NCBI GenBank assembly: GCA_038915165.1
Contig: JBCLDE010000005.1
Span: 1-54,151 of the forward strand
Source of the DNA: Candidatus Limnocylindrales bacterium
GTDB taxonomy: Bacteria > Chloroflexota > Limnocylindria > Limnocylindrales > CSP1-4
Reading direction: 5' to 3'
Length of the DNA: 54,151 nucleotides
Part shown: piece by piece, positions 17,125 to 26,167 of the stretch
How positions within the stretch are numbered: position 1 is the stretch's first letter
How the letters are laid out: the number at the start of each line of letters is the position of its first letter
Program-made: the position numbers and the translations under genes
Notes under the pieces: generated by a model
Told to the model about the DNA's origin: nothing
Database searches by the model: none
Seen by the model: only the letters and a program-made list of their open reading frames with translations

Positions 17125-19494
17125 TCAGCCTGCGTGCCCGACCGGGACGCCCGCCGCCCTGGCCGCCTGGATCGCCGTGACGATCCGACCAGGGGTCACG
17201 GGGACGGTGGCGAGACCGGCGCCCGCTTGCCCGAGCGCATCGCGCACGGCCCCGAGCATCAGCGCGGCGCCCGGCACCGTGCCGGCCTCACCCACGCCCT
17301 TCACGCCCAGCGGGTTGCGCTCCGAGCGCGTCTCCTTGTGGATGACGATCGGGGTCGGCAGGTCCGTGGCCCGGGGGATCAGGTAGTCGGCGAAGGTGCC
17401 GGTCAGGAGCTGCCCCTGCTCGTCGTAGATGAGCTCCTCGAACAGGCCGTTGCCGACACCCTGGGCCAGGCCGCCGATCACCTGACCGTCGACGATCGCC
17501 GGATTGATCAGCCGGCCGCAATCGTGGACGACGACATATCGAAGGATCGTCACGAGGCCGCTGTCCGGGTCCACCTCCACGATCGCCGCGTGGAAGCCCG
17601 TCCCGAACGTCACGGTCGGGGGCTGGAAGCCGCCCCGCGCCTCGAGCCCCGGCCCGGCGCTGCCCATCCGACCGATGCCGGGCGTCACCCGGGCGGCCAG
17701 CGTCGTCAGCGCGATCGAAACATCCGGTGCGCCCTTGGCCACGACCGATCCGTCGCGGATCTCGAGGTCCGCCGGCGCGACCTCCAACTGGTCTCCGGCG
17801 GCGGCGAGGATCTTTTCGCGGAGCTCGATCGCCGCGGCCGCGACGGCGTTGCCGACGACGACGATGACCCGGCTCGCGATCGTCCCCCCGCCTGAGGGAA
17901 AGGCGTACGTGTCGCCCTGGATGACCCGGATCAGTTCGACCGGGACCGACAGATACTCCGATGCGATCTGGGCGAGGGTCGTCTGGTGGCCCTGCCCCTG
18001 CGAGGGCGGCCCGACCGACACGATGACCCGCCCCGACGGATCGAGACGGATGTTGGCCGCCTCGAACGGCGGGACGCCGGTCCCCTCGATGTACCCGGCG
18101 AGTCCGATGCCGAGCAGCCGCCCCTCCGTGCGACCCGCTGCCTGCTCGGCCAGCCACGTGTCGTAGTCGAGCCGCGCGAGCGCGTCGCTCATGTCGCCAC
18201 GGAAGTCGCCACCGTCGAGTCGCAGCGGCGTGCCGTCGCGATAGAGGATCCCGTGGTCGTGCGGCATCTCGTCGATACGCAGGGCGTTGTGCAGGCGGAA
18301 GGCTGCCCGATCCATCCCGAGCGCCAGGGCCGCTTCGTCCAGGATCGATTCGAGGGCGAAGGCCGCTTCCGGACGGCCCGCCCCCCGCTCGGCGGCGCTT
18401 GGCGCCTTGTTCGTCACGGCGACCGTGCACTCGATCCGCATCGTCGGGATGCGGTAGGCGAGCGGCAGATGGCAAGCCGTGGTGTATGGCACGACGATCG
18501 ACTCGACCGACCCGATCCCGCCGTCGATGACGAACCGGTCGCGCAAGCCACGGATTGTCCCGTCACGGTCGACGGCCAGCTCGATCTCGTGCACCTGGTC
18601 CCGCGTATGCGTCGCCGAGGCGAGGTTCTCGCGCCGCGTCTCGATCCATTTCACCGGTCGCTTCAGGTGAAGCGCCAGCCGCGGGATGAGCAGCTCCTCG
18701 GGGTAGACCATCGACTTGAGACCGAACCCGCCACCGACGTCCGGCGCGACCACCCGGATGCGGTCGCCCGGCATCCGGAGCGTCCGCTCGAGCGCGTCGC
18801 GGAGCCAGTGCGGCTGCTGGCTGGACGACCAGACGGAAAGGTCGCCGGATCGCCGATCGGGGATCGCGACCACGCCCCGACATTCGATCGGCGTGCAGAT
18901 GGCTCGCCCGTGGCGCAGCGTGCGGCGGACGACGATATCGGCGTCCTCGAAGGCCTGGTCGACGTCACCCGCCCCGATGACGAAGTGAACGGCGATGTTG
19001 TCGCCCCATTCCGGGTTGAGCAGCGGCGCGTCGGGAGCGAGGGCCTGTTCCGCCGTCGCGATGACCGGCAGGGGCTCGTAGTCGACGATCACGGCCCGCG
19101 CCGCGTCCTCCGCGAGGTACCGGTCCGTGGCGACGACCGCCGCGACGGGTTCGCCGGCGAACCGGGCGCGTTCGGCGGCAAGCAGCCAGATCCGCTCGGG
19201 TCGCGTGAACGGGTCGACGGCTTTGGCGAGCGGAGGGTGCGGCGGGAACCACGTCGGGTGGGGAAAGGGGCCGTTCGCGGCTCCGAGGTCCGCCGCGCTC
19301 ACGACTGCCACGACGCCGGGCAGGGCGAGGGCCGCCGTCGCATCGATGCCGAGGATCCGCGCATGGGCGTACGTGCTGCGGACGATCGCGACGTGCAGCG
19401 CACCGGGCGCGGGGACGTCGTCGACGTACTCGCCACGACCCGTGACGAGACGCCGATCCTCGACCCGTTTCATCGGGCGTCCGATGCTGCCCAT
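17125..19494 (-). CDS. Xanthine-dehydrogenase-family molybdopterin large subunit (CoxL form II-like; not form I CO dehydrogenase)
   Basis: R.ED.RL.TG.G.YVDD, DVGGGFG.K, active-site loop AERGAGRPE, QGQGH.T, KGVGEAG. Confidence 0.93.
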   Translation of the reverse strand: MGSIGRPMKRVEDRRLVTGRGEYVDDVPAPGALHVAIVRSTYAHARILGIDATAALALPGVVAVVSAADLGAANGPFPHPTWFPPHPPLAKAVDPFTRPERIWLLAAERARFAGEPVAAVVATDRYLAEDAARAVIVDYEPLPVIATAEQALAPDAPLLNPEWGDNIAVHFVIGAGDVDQAFEDADIVVRRTLRHGRAICTPIECRGVVAIPDRRSGDLSVWSSSQQPHWLRDALERTLRMPGDRIRVVAPDVGGGFGLKSMVYPEELLIPRLALHLKRPVKWIETRRENLASATHTRDQVHEIELAVDRDGTIRGLRDRFVIDGGIGSVESIVVPYTTACHLPLAYRIPTMRIECTVAVTNKAPSAAERGAGRPEAAFALESILDEAALALGMDRAAFRLHNALRIDEMPHDHGILYRDGTPLRLDGGDFRGDMSDALARLDYDTWLAEQAAGRTEGRLLGIGLAGYIEGTGVPPFEAANIRLDPSGRVIVSVGPPSQGQGHQTTLAQIASEYLSVPVELIRVIQGDTYAFPSGGGTIASRVIVVVGNAVAAAAIELREKILAAAGDQLEVAPADLEIRDGSVVAKGAPDVSIALTTLAARVTPGIGRMGSAGPGLEARGGFQPPTVTFGTGFHAAIVEVDPDSGLVTILRYVVVHDCGRLINPAIVDGQVIGGLAQGVGNGLFEELIYDEQGQLLTGTFADYLIPRATDLPTPIVIHKETRSERNPLGVKGVGEAGTVPGAALMLGAVRDALGQAGAGLATVPVTPGRIVTAIQAARAAGVPVGHAG

Positions 19495-19546
19495 GGTGCG
19501 CTCGTCGTCCTCCGGCTCGATCAGACTACCCGGTGCTGGCCGTCAC

Positions 19547-19558
19547 TTCGTATACTAA
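19547..19558. promoter_or_regulatory. GTATAC box / overlapping TATACT -10 between the divergent Mo-hydroxylase and SDR operons
   Basis: TTCGTATACTAA in an intergenic region. Confidence 0.55.
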
Positions 19559-19637
19559 ACGTTCCTGTTCCAAGTTCGTTGGACGTGTCCGGGGCGTCCG
19601 TGACATCGACGACGCGTAGTCAGATGAGGGTCCAAGC

Positions 19638-20429
19638 ATGCGGCACCGTTCTGCCCCGATCGGCACCCCTGGTCGCCTCGCCGGTCGGGTCGCCATCGTC
19701 ACCGGATCGGCACGGGGCATCGGCCGAGCCATCGCGGAATCCTATGCTGGCGAGGGGGCCGTGGTCGTCGTCGCGGATCTGCTTGGCTCGGACGCCGATG
19801 CCGTCGCCGCCGGGATCGGCGAGGGTGGCGGGCATGCGATCGCGGTCACGACCGATGTCACGAGCAGGTCATCGGTCGATACTCTCGTGGCCAGGGCGCT
19901 CGAGGTCGTCGGCCGGGTGGACATCCTCGTCAACAACGCGGGGATCTACGACGGGATCCGGAGCGTCGGGCTCGAGGAGCTGACTGAAGAGGAGTGGGAT
20001 CGCGTCCTCCGGGTGAACGTCATGGGCGTGTGGAACTGCAGCCGCGCGGTCGTGCCGAGCATGCGCGCCCATGGCTACGGCAAGATCATCAACCTCGCCT
20101 CCGGGACCTTCCTGGTCGGGACTCCCTTCAATCTCCATTACGTGGCGTCCAAGGGTGCCGTCGTGGCGATGACGCGGGCGATGGCTCGCGAGCTTGGCCC
20201 GGACGGGATCCGCGTCAACAGCCTCGCACCCGGATTGACGGACTCCGGTGCCCGCAAGCGCGTCGAGGTCGCCCCGGAACGGCGCCAGACCGGCCCCGGC
20301 CCGTGCCTCCCCGGTGGCCTGGTGCCGGACGACCTCGTGGGCACGGCCGTGTTCCTCGCATCGGCGGACAGTGATGCGATGACCGGTCAGCTGTTGGCCG
20401 TCAATCGCGGCACGGCGTTCACGGGATGA
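19638..20429 (+). CDS. Short-chain dehydrogenase/reductase (SDR)
   Basis: TGSARGIG, NNAG, catalytic YVASK, VNSLAPG. Confidence 0.95.
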   Translation: MRHRSAPIGTPGRLAGRVAIVTGSARGIGRAIAESYAGEGAVVVVADLLGSDADAVAAGIGEGGGHAIAVTTDVTSRSSVDTLVARALEVVGRVDILVNNAGIYDGIRSVGLEELTEEEWDRVLRVNVMGVWNCSRAVVPSMRAHGYGKIINLASGTFLVGTPFNLHYVASKGAVVAMTRAMARELGPDGIRVNSLAPGLTDSGARKRVEVAPERRQTGPGPCLPGGLVPDDLVGTAVFLASADSDAMTGQLLAVNRGTAFTG

Positions 20430-20917
20430 CCGCGGTCGACGTCGGGTTGCTCATCCTGCGCCTCGCGCTGGGTGGCGTCTACCTGTTCCACGGAGCCCGC
20501 AAGCTGGGTCTGCGGAACCCGGGGGGATTCGCCGGTTTCCGCGATTCGATCGAGCGACGCGGGTTCCGGCCGCCGCTCATCTGGGCGCTGATCGCCGTCG
20601 GTGCAGAGGTCGGCGGTGCCGTCCTATTGATCGTCGGCCTGCTGACGCCACTGGCGGCGGCGATGCTCCTCGGGCAGAGTCTGATGATCGTCACGGTCGC
20701 CGCGCCGCGCGGCTTCTGGCACGACAAGGGCGGCGTGGAGTACCCGATCATGCTCTCCGCCGCCTCGCTGGCGTGCGGGCTCGTCGGTGCGGGCGCGATC
20801 TCGCTCGATGCCGCGCTGGGAATCCTGCTGGACCCGATGGTCGGGCCGCTCGCCGCTGTGGCATCTGCCGTCGGTGTCGCCCTGGGGCTGGCGACACGGC
20901 GACCTCCGCCAACCTGA
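20426..20917 (+). CDS. DoxX-family membrane protein
   Basis: LL.LRL.LG..Y..HG..KL, E..G..LL..GL.T..AA, G.EY, GAG..SLD. Confidence 0.88.
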   Translation: MTAVDVGLLILRLALGGVYLFHGARKLGLRNPGGFAGFRDSIERRGFRPPLIWALIAVGAEVGGAVLLIVGLLTPLAAAMLLGQSLMIVTVAAPRGFWHDKGGVEYPIMLSAASLACGLVGAGAISLDAALGILLDPMVGPLAAVASAVGVALGLATRRPPPT

Positions 20918-20930
20918 GACCCCCGCGGGG

Positions 20931-21929
20931 TCAGCCGGCGGTGGCGACCTCGGGTTCGCGGCCCGGAATCCAGCCCGCCTCGATCGGGTTGCCCTCGGCA
21001 TCGACGCTCCGCGTCGGGGTATACCCCTCCGGCCAGATCTCCTGGAAGAAGTACCGGATACCGAACTGGATCCGGAGCAATCGATACGCTTCTTCGCCCG
21101 GGTTGTAGTGCTCGTGTTCGTGCATCGCCGGCGGGACGTGCAGGATGTCGCCTGGTCCCCACGGGTGGCGTTCGGGACCGACCTCTGAGAAGCCGCTTCC
21201 CCGGATGACATAGAGGACGGCCTCGAGGTGCTTGTGCCGGCCGCCGTGAAAGCCACCCGGTTCTTCGAACACGTGGGTCATCGCCACGCTCGAGGGGACC
21301 TTGAAACCGTTCCGCTTCACGGTCAGGTAGTGGACCAGGTGGTGCTGACGGGTGTACGCCGCCATCGTGGCGGTCGGTTCGTCGCCAGGATCGTTCGGCG
21401 CCTCATCCAGATGGATGATCACCCGGCGGCCGTCGGGGAGCTGGTGACCGTCCCGGACCGGCAGCGCTCGATGCGCCTCCGTGTTCGGGCCCCGGTCCTC
21501 TAGCTGCTCGAGCCGGAACAGGTGCACGAACCGCTCGAGCGGGACGATCATCGCCGAAACGTAGCGCAGGTCGTCGTCACCGAGATTCACGAGCTGGTGC
21601 GGGGCCCGGTAGGGGAGATGCAGGACGCTGCCGGGACGGACGTCGAAGCGGTGGCCGTCGATCGTCGCGTACCCCGTGCCGGCCTCGACGTAGATGGCCT
21701 CCTCGCCGTGCGCATGAACGCCGGTGTGCCAGCCGGCCGGGATCTCGGCCTTGAGGACGACGCCACCCATCGTCGGGAACCCGTCGTCGCTGGACAACAG
21801 CCGCTTGACGCGGGTGTCGTGGGGGGTGGTGACCCACGGCTGATCCGAATCCCGCGCGACGCCAGGGGAGGCTCGAAAGCGTGCCTCGATCAGGTCGCCG
21901 GCGGCCAGCCACTCATCGTAGAACGTCAC
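20931..21929 (-). CDS. Bicupin (gentisate 1,2-dioxygenase-like double cupin)
   Basis: Two cupin metal motifs: H.H.EE..Y...G.G...P....H and H.H.EA..Y...G.G...P...EH.H; GTG start at 21929 with GGAG RBS. Confidence 0.82.
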   Translation of the reverse strand: MTFYDEWLAAGDLIEARFRASPGVARDSDQPWVTTPHDTRVKRLLSSDDGFPTMGGVVLKAEIPAGWHTGVHAHGEEAIYVEAGTGYATIDGHRFDVRPGSVLHLPYRAPHQLVNLGDDDLRYVSAMIVPLERFVHLFRLEQLEDRGPNTEAHRALPVRDGHQLPDGRRVIIHLDEAPNDPGDEPTATMAAYTRQHHLVHYLTVKRNGFKVPSSVAMTHVFEEPGGFHGGRHKHLEAVLYVIRGSGFSEVGPERHPWGPGDILHVPPAMHEHEHYNPGEEAYRLLRIQFGIRYFFQEIWPEGYTPTRSVDAEGNPIEAGWIPGREPEVATAG

Positions 21930-21963
21930 CGCAGGGACTCCACATAGTCGAATACATCGGGGG

Positions 21964-22761
21964 TCAAAAAACCTGGGGACGCCATCGCGAGAACCGTCGC
22001 TCCAGGACACCGGTCAGCAGGATCAGCCCGATACCCACGAGCATCGCGACGAACGCGGTCGTGTACATGCGGTCGGTGAACATCTCCACCCGCGATTCAC
22101 GGAGCATCCGACCGATCCCCGGCAAGCCGATGAGGAATTCGCCGACGATGACCGCCACGAGCCCGCGCTGGACCCCGAGCCGCGTCCCAGTGGCGATGTA
22201 CGGGATCGATCCAGGCACGAGCACCTTGGCGAAGAAGGCCCAGCCGGTGATCCGAAGCGAGGTCGCCACCTCGGTGTAGACGCGCCGAGTCTCCCGCACG
22301 CCGGCCGCGGTCGAGAAGACGATCATGATCGTGACAGCCGCGACGACGGCCGCGACTATAAACTCTCGGCCGATCCCGAACCACACGACCATCAACGGAA
22401 CGAATGCAACCCGCGGCACGGAGTAAAAGGCCGCGAAGTACGGCTCGAACATCACACCGAAGGTCCGGAAACGACCGAGCAGCGTGCCGATCAGGACGCC
22501 CGCCGGGAGAGCGATCGACAGGCCGACGATCAGGGACGAGACCGTGTTGAACACCAGCGTGAGGCCATTGCGCTCGGTGAAGAGGATCCAGAAGTCCCTG
22601 GCTACCCGGGTCGGGGTGGACCACAGGTACGCCTGTGGCGACCCGAGGACTTCCCAGAGCGTGAGGAACCCGGCCAGTCCGAGCAGCTGCACGACCCGCA
22701 CCCGCGAGACCCGCGGACGGAGAAGGTTCGGCCGCGGCCGGGATGCCGCGACGGCGGTCAT
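21964..22761 (-). CDS. ABC transporter permease (NitT/TauT/SsuC family)
   Basis: P.VAF.PL...WFGIG, PG.IPYI.TG.RLG, V.VGE. Confidence 0.92.
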   Translation of the reverse strand: MTAVAASRPRPNLLRPRVSRVRVVQLLGLAGFLTLWEVLGSPQAYLWSTPTRVARDFWILFTERNGLTLVFNTVSSLIVGLSIALPAGVLIGTLLGRFRTFGVMFEPYFAAFYSVPRVAFVPLMVVWFGIGREFIVAAVVAAVTIMIVFSTAAGVRETRRVYTEVATSLRITGWAFFAKVLVPGSIPYIATGTRLGVQRGLVAVIVGEFLIGLPGIGRMLRESRVEMFTDRMYTTAFVAMLVGIGLILLTGVLERRFSRWRPQVF

Positions 22762-23606
22762 AACATGGCCTCCGCTCGCCACGGCGCGACCCGGCGTTCG
22801 AGCCAGCGGAGGCTCTGATTCATGGTGACGCCGACGAGCATGACCGTCAGCAGGGAGGCGAACAGGAAGGGAACCTTGAAGTTCGCGGCGAACTCGAAGA
22901 CGAGGCCACCGATGCCGTTGTTCTCGAGAAAGAAGCCCGCAAGCACGACGCCGACCATCCCGTGCAGGAGGCCGAGTCGCAACCCGGTGATCACGAAGGG
23001 GATCGATGCCGGCAGGACGACCTTCAGGAGCATCGTGCGCTCGGACACGCAGTAGGCGCGGGAGACCTCGACGTACTCGGCGTCGATCGTGCGCACGCCG
23101 TTGCGGACCGTGAAGAAGATGTCGAAGAAGCTGAAGAGGAACACGACCAGGATCTTGGCCGGGTCGCCGAACCCCAGCCACAGGGTGATGATCGGGAGCA
23201 GGGCGATGCGGGGGGTCATGAAGACCGCGTTGAGCTCTGGCTCGAAGAGATCACTGACGGTTCGATAACGACCGAGCAGGATCCCGAGGGTCACGCCGAG
23301 GATCGAGGCGATGGTCAGGGCCGTCACGAGGACGAACAGGGTCTCCTGCCATGCCTCCAGAAGGCTGCCGTCGCGGACCATCTCGGTGAACGCATCGAGG
23401 GCGCGAGCCGGCGAGGTGAAGATGATCCGGCGCACGACACGCGAGAGGCCCTCCCAGAGGAGCATCAGCCCGATGAAGGTCAGGATCCGGATGACGTTGT
23501 CGCGACCGATCCGCGCGACCAGCCGACGGGCAGCCGAAACCGATGCCTGCTGTTCAGCCAAGGAACCCCCGATCGTTGCGGGTCCCATTTCCATTAGTGG
23601 CGTCAT
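22758..23606 (-). CDS. ABC transporter permease (NitT/TauT/SsuC family)
   Basis: PRIAL.P...LW.G.G...K, V.LPA.IP...TGLRLG. Confidence 0.92.
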   Translation of the reverse strand: MTPLMEMGPATIGGSLAEQQASVSAARRLVARIGRDNVIRILTFIGLMLLWEGLSRVVRRIIFTSPARALDAFTEMVRDGSLLEAWQETLFVLVTALTIASILGVTLGILLGRYRTVSDLFEPELNAVFMTPRIALLPIITLWLGFGDPAKILVVFLFSFFDIFFTVRNGVRTIDAEYVEVSRAYCVSERTMLLKVVLPASIPFVITGLRLGLLHGMVGVVLAGFFLENNGIGGLVFEFAANFKVPFLFASLLTVMLVGVTMNQSLRWLERRVAPWRAEAML

Positions 23607-23647
23607 CGTTCAGCCTCGCGGTTCCGCTGCGGTAAGGCCGATCCGGA

Positions 23648-23683
23648 CCACGGGGACCGGGCCAAGCGGCCCGCTCCCCGTGG
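23648..23683 (-). terminator. GC-rich stem-loop between the SBP and permease genes (attenuator or mRNA stabiliser)
   Basis: CCACGGGGA-C-CGGGCC / AAGC loop / GGCCCG-C-TCCCCGTGG; no U-tract. Confidence 0.55.
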
Positions 23684-23738
23684 AGCGCGGATCAATGCTA
23701 CATCTGGATCGATGGATGCCTGCGGGAAGCCGCGATCC

Positions 23739-24887
23739 TTACTGCCTCCCGACGATCTCGAGCGCCCGGTCCTGGTAGGAGAAGTCGACGATGTCTTCGC
23801 ACGCGACCTCTTTGTCGATGGCGCCGAATTCGAACGATGTCTTCAGCGTGCCCTCGCACATCGTCTTGTCCAGGCCACCGTTCACCGGCCAGTTTTCGAG
23901 TTCCACCACGATCTGCTGATAGTCGAGCGCGGCCACTTCGTCGCTGTAATTCTCGATGACTGACTTGGCGAGCGAGATCCAGCCCGCCTTGTCCGCCTTG
24001 GCCCAGCGCGCGGCCCTGAGCTCGGAGATGATCAGCGCCAGGGCCATGTCGGGATTCGCCTTGGCCCAATCAATCTCGGTGATCCAGACGGAGCTGATCG
24101 AGGGGTTCTGATCCTTGCCGTAGCACAGGATATTGATCGCGCCGGCGTCCTCGAGATTGATCCTGGTCAACCGGAAGATCGCGGAGATGCCGCCCACGAT
24201 CTGCCCGGAGCGGATCGCCGAGGTGACCTCGCCCGTGTTGTTGAAGCGCAGCAGGACGACGTCCTTCTCGATGTCGATGTTGGCGCTCTGGAGGCACTTG
24301 CGAGCCGTCTGCCCGGTGATCTGGTTGAGGTTCTGGGTGGCCCCGAACGTCTTGCCGCGGAGTTCCTCGAGGCTCGCCGTGGGCTTCTTCGCCGCGACGA
24401 CGAAGAGGTTCTTCTGGTCGTTCACGCCGATCGCGACGAACGTGGCACCGTTGTTGTTCGCGTTGGCCAGGCCGGAGAGGGACAGCTGTCCGATCTGGAC
24501 CTGGCCAGAGATCATCGCGGCAACGAGCGGATCAGAATCAAGCAGCTGCTCGTCGACCTTGACCCCGAAGTCCTGCTCGAGGAGCTGCAGGGTCTTGAAG
24601 AACCCGATGACCGAGGCGTTCGCGGACGCCGAGCTGCCCACCTTCAGCGACTGACCCGACAGCTTGGCCTTGAGGCCTGCCAGGACCGCGGCGGTGTCGT
24701 TCGGGGCAGCCGCGGACGCGCTGGCAGCGCTCGAGGGTGCCGTGCTCGCGGGTGCCGTGCTCGCGGCGGTCGATGGGGCGGGTGTGGTCGCGGTGCCGCC
24801 GGAACAGGCGGCTAGTACGACGCTGGCCGTCATCACGACGCCCAAGAGGCGCCGGACCGGCCACGATGTAGATCGTTGAGTCATCAT
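23739..24887 (-). CDS. ABC transporter substrate-binding lipoprotein (SsuA/NMT1/THI5 family)
   Basis: Signal peptide with lipobox VLAAC, Ala/Ser/Thr/Pro linker, SLEELRGK.FG, NPD......I......A..W. Confidence 0.88.
   Translation of the reverse strand: MMTQRSTSWPVRRLLGVVMTASVVLAACSGGTATTPAPSTAASTAPASTAPSSAASASAAAPNDTAAVLAGLKAKLSGQSLKVGSSASANASVIGFFKTLQLLEQDFGVKVDEQLLDSDPLVAAMISGQVQIGQLSLSGLANANNNGATFVAIGVNDQKNLFVVAAKKPTASLEELRGKTFGATQNLNQITGQTARKCLQSANIDIEKDVVLLRFNNTGEVTSAIRSGQIVGGISAIFRLTRINLEDAGAINILCYGKDQNPSISSVWITEIDWAKANPDMALALIISELRAARWAKADKAGWISLAKSVIENYSDEVAALDYQQIVVELENWPVNGGLDKTMCEGTLKTSFEFGAIDKEVACEDIVDFSYQDRALEIVGRQ
24735..24764. repeat. 15-bp tandem repeat encoding ASTAP x2 in the lipoprotein linker
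   Basis: GGGTGCCGTGCTCGC x2. Confidence 0.85.
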
Positions 24888-24969
24888 TCCTCCTCCGTGT
24901 AAGACCGGTGCTCGACGTCCCTCCGGCCAACGGAAATCCCGCACGCCACAGTCCGAGCACTCCGCGAGA

Positions 24970-25068
24970 ATGTATACGGCCGCGCGCCGTCTGGCAAGGA
25001 ATGTATGGAAGAGATGTTTGGGGTCTGGTGCCTAGGTTACTCCTGATGCTGCCCATGCCTGTATACAA
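24970..25068. promoter_or_regulatory. Two GTATAC boxes (24972, 25061) upstream of the ABC operon
   Basis: ATGTATACGG and CCTGTATACAAC in an intergenic region. Confidence 0.6.
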
Positions 25069-25144
25069 CTGGTGGACCCGTGCCGACACGCGACTGGGCT
25101 CGAGAACGCCCGATCCAGGACACCGCTCGAAATGGGACCTGGCG

Positions 25145-26104
25145 TCAGGACGTCTTGCCATGGATGATCGGCAGGACCTCACGGGCGAGCAGCTCGAGGG
25201 TGGGTTCGAACACGTCCATGCGCTGACGCAAATCGAGGACGACCTCGTCGACGCCGCGAACCCGGAACGCCTCCAACTCGCGAAGGATGTCGTCGACGTT
25301 GCCGGCGATCAGCGAACCGCGGAGGTCGTCCGCGGTCTCGAACGAGGCCGACCAGCCCGGCTTGGAACGCGCCTCCGCGAGCAGACCGGTCAGGTTCACT
25401 CGGTCGAGCCCGTCGGATTGGTCGCGCCCGGGCGAGAGCAGGGGAACGATGGCGACGGACATCGTGCGGCCCGCGACCGCCGCCTGCTCCCTGAGAGAGC
25501 ACAGCAGGACATCAAAGACCACGAAGGGGCATCGCCCGGGGAACCATCCATTGGTGGTCTGGACGGCGCGTCGGATGGCGGACGGGCTCGTCCCGCAATA
25601 CCAGACGGGAAGGTCCGCCGGGGGCGGCGGATCCAGCGTCAGGTCGCTGAAGCGGGTGAAGGGACCCTCGTAGCTCGCACCCGGCTCCGCGGCCAGGCGA
25701 AGGACATCCATCATCTCCTGGTAGTGGGCGACGCGGTCCTCATAGCGCAGGCCGGCGAGCTCGAAGGCGCGGGGCTGGCCGCCGAGACCGACGCCCAGGA
25801 CGAGCCGGCCCTTGGCCAGATAGGCCAGCGACCCGACCAGCTGCGCATTGACCACCGGCTGACGGATCGGGGTGAGCGTCGCCGTGCCGATCGTCAGGCT
25901 CGTCCGCGCCGCGATCGCGGCCAAGGTGATGAATGGGTCGACGAAGTGCGCCTGTCGACCCTCAAACCCGAGGCCGCGAAAACCGAGCTGGTCCCGGACC
26001 CACGCGCTGTGGAAGCCGAGATCGCCGAGTCGGGCACCGAGGTCGAACAGTCGCTCATAGCTCGACGCGGCCCCGAAGTGCGGCAACAAAAGCCCGATTT
26101 TCAT
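25145..26104 (-). CDS. LLM-class flavin/F420-dependent oxidoreductase
   Basis: MKIGLLLPHFG, LGF.SAWVRDQ, DPF.TLAAIAART, GRLVLGVG.G. Confidence 0.9.
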   Translation of the reverse strand: MKIGLLLPHFGAASSYERLFDLGARLGDLGFHSAWVRDQLGFRGLGFEGRQAHFVDPFITLAAIAARTSLTIGTATLTPIRQPVVNAQLVGSLAYLAKGRLVLGVGLGGQPRAFELAGLRYEDRVAHYQEMMDVLRLAAEPGASYEGPFTRFSDLTLDPPPPADLPVWYCGTSPSAIRRAVQTTNGWFPGRCPFVVFDVLLCSLREQAAVAGRTMSVAIVPLLSPGRDQSDGLDRVNLTGLLAEARSKPGWSASFETADDLRGSLIAGNVDDILRELEAFRVRGVDEVVLDLRQRMDVFEPTLELLAREVLPIIHGKTS

Positions 26105-26141
26105 CTTGGAACTGTACGATATCGCGTACTATCTCGTCCGA

Positions 26142-26151
26142 CTGTATACGA
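26142..26151. promoter_or_regulatory. GTATAC box between the divergent LLM and nitrilase genes
   Basis: CTGTATACGA. Confidence 0.55.
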
Positions 26152-26167
26152 AGTGCGAGGGCGCCCC

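Noticed and set aside
15715-19494. Aerobic CO dehydrogenase call
   Set aside because: Lacks the AYxCSFR Cu-binding loop, gene order is L-M-S, and no coxDEFG accessory genes are present
21016-21027. Palindrome GGGGTATACCCC (also GTATAC at 36938 and 38741)
   Set aside because: Inside coding sequence and explained by Tyr codons; not counted as operators
24908-26167. N-terminal ~420 aa of the 814-aa ORF 24908..27352
   Set aside because: Antisense shadow of the LLM gene 25145..26104; the real nitrilase-like protein starts at ATG 26168
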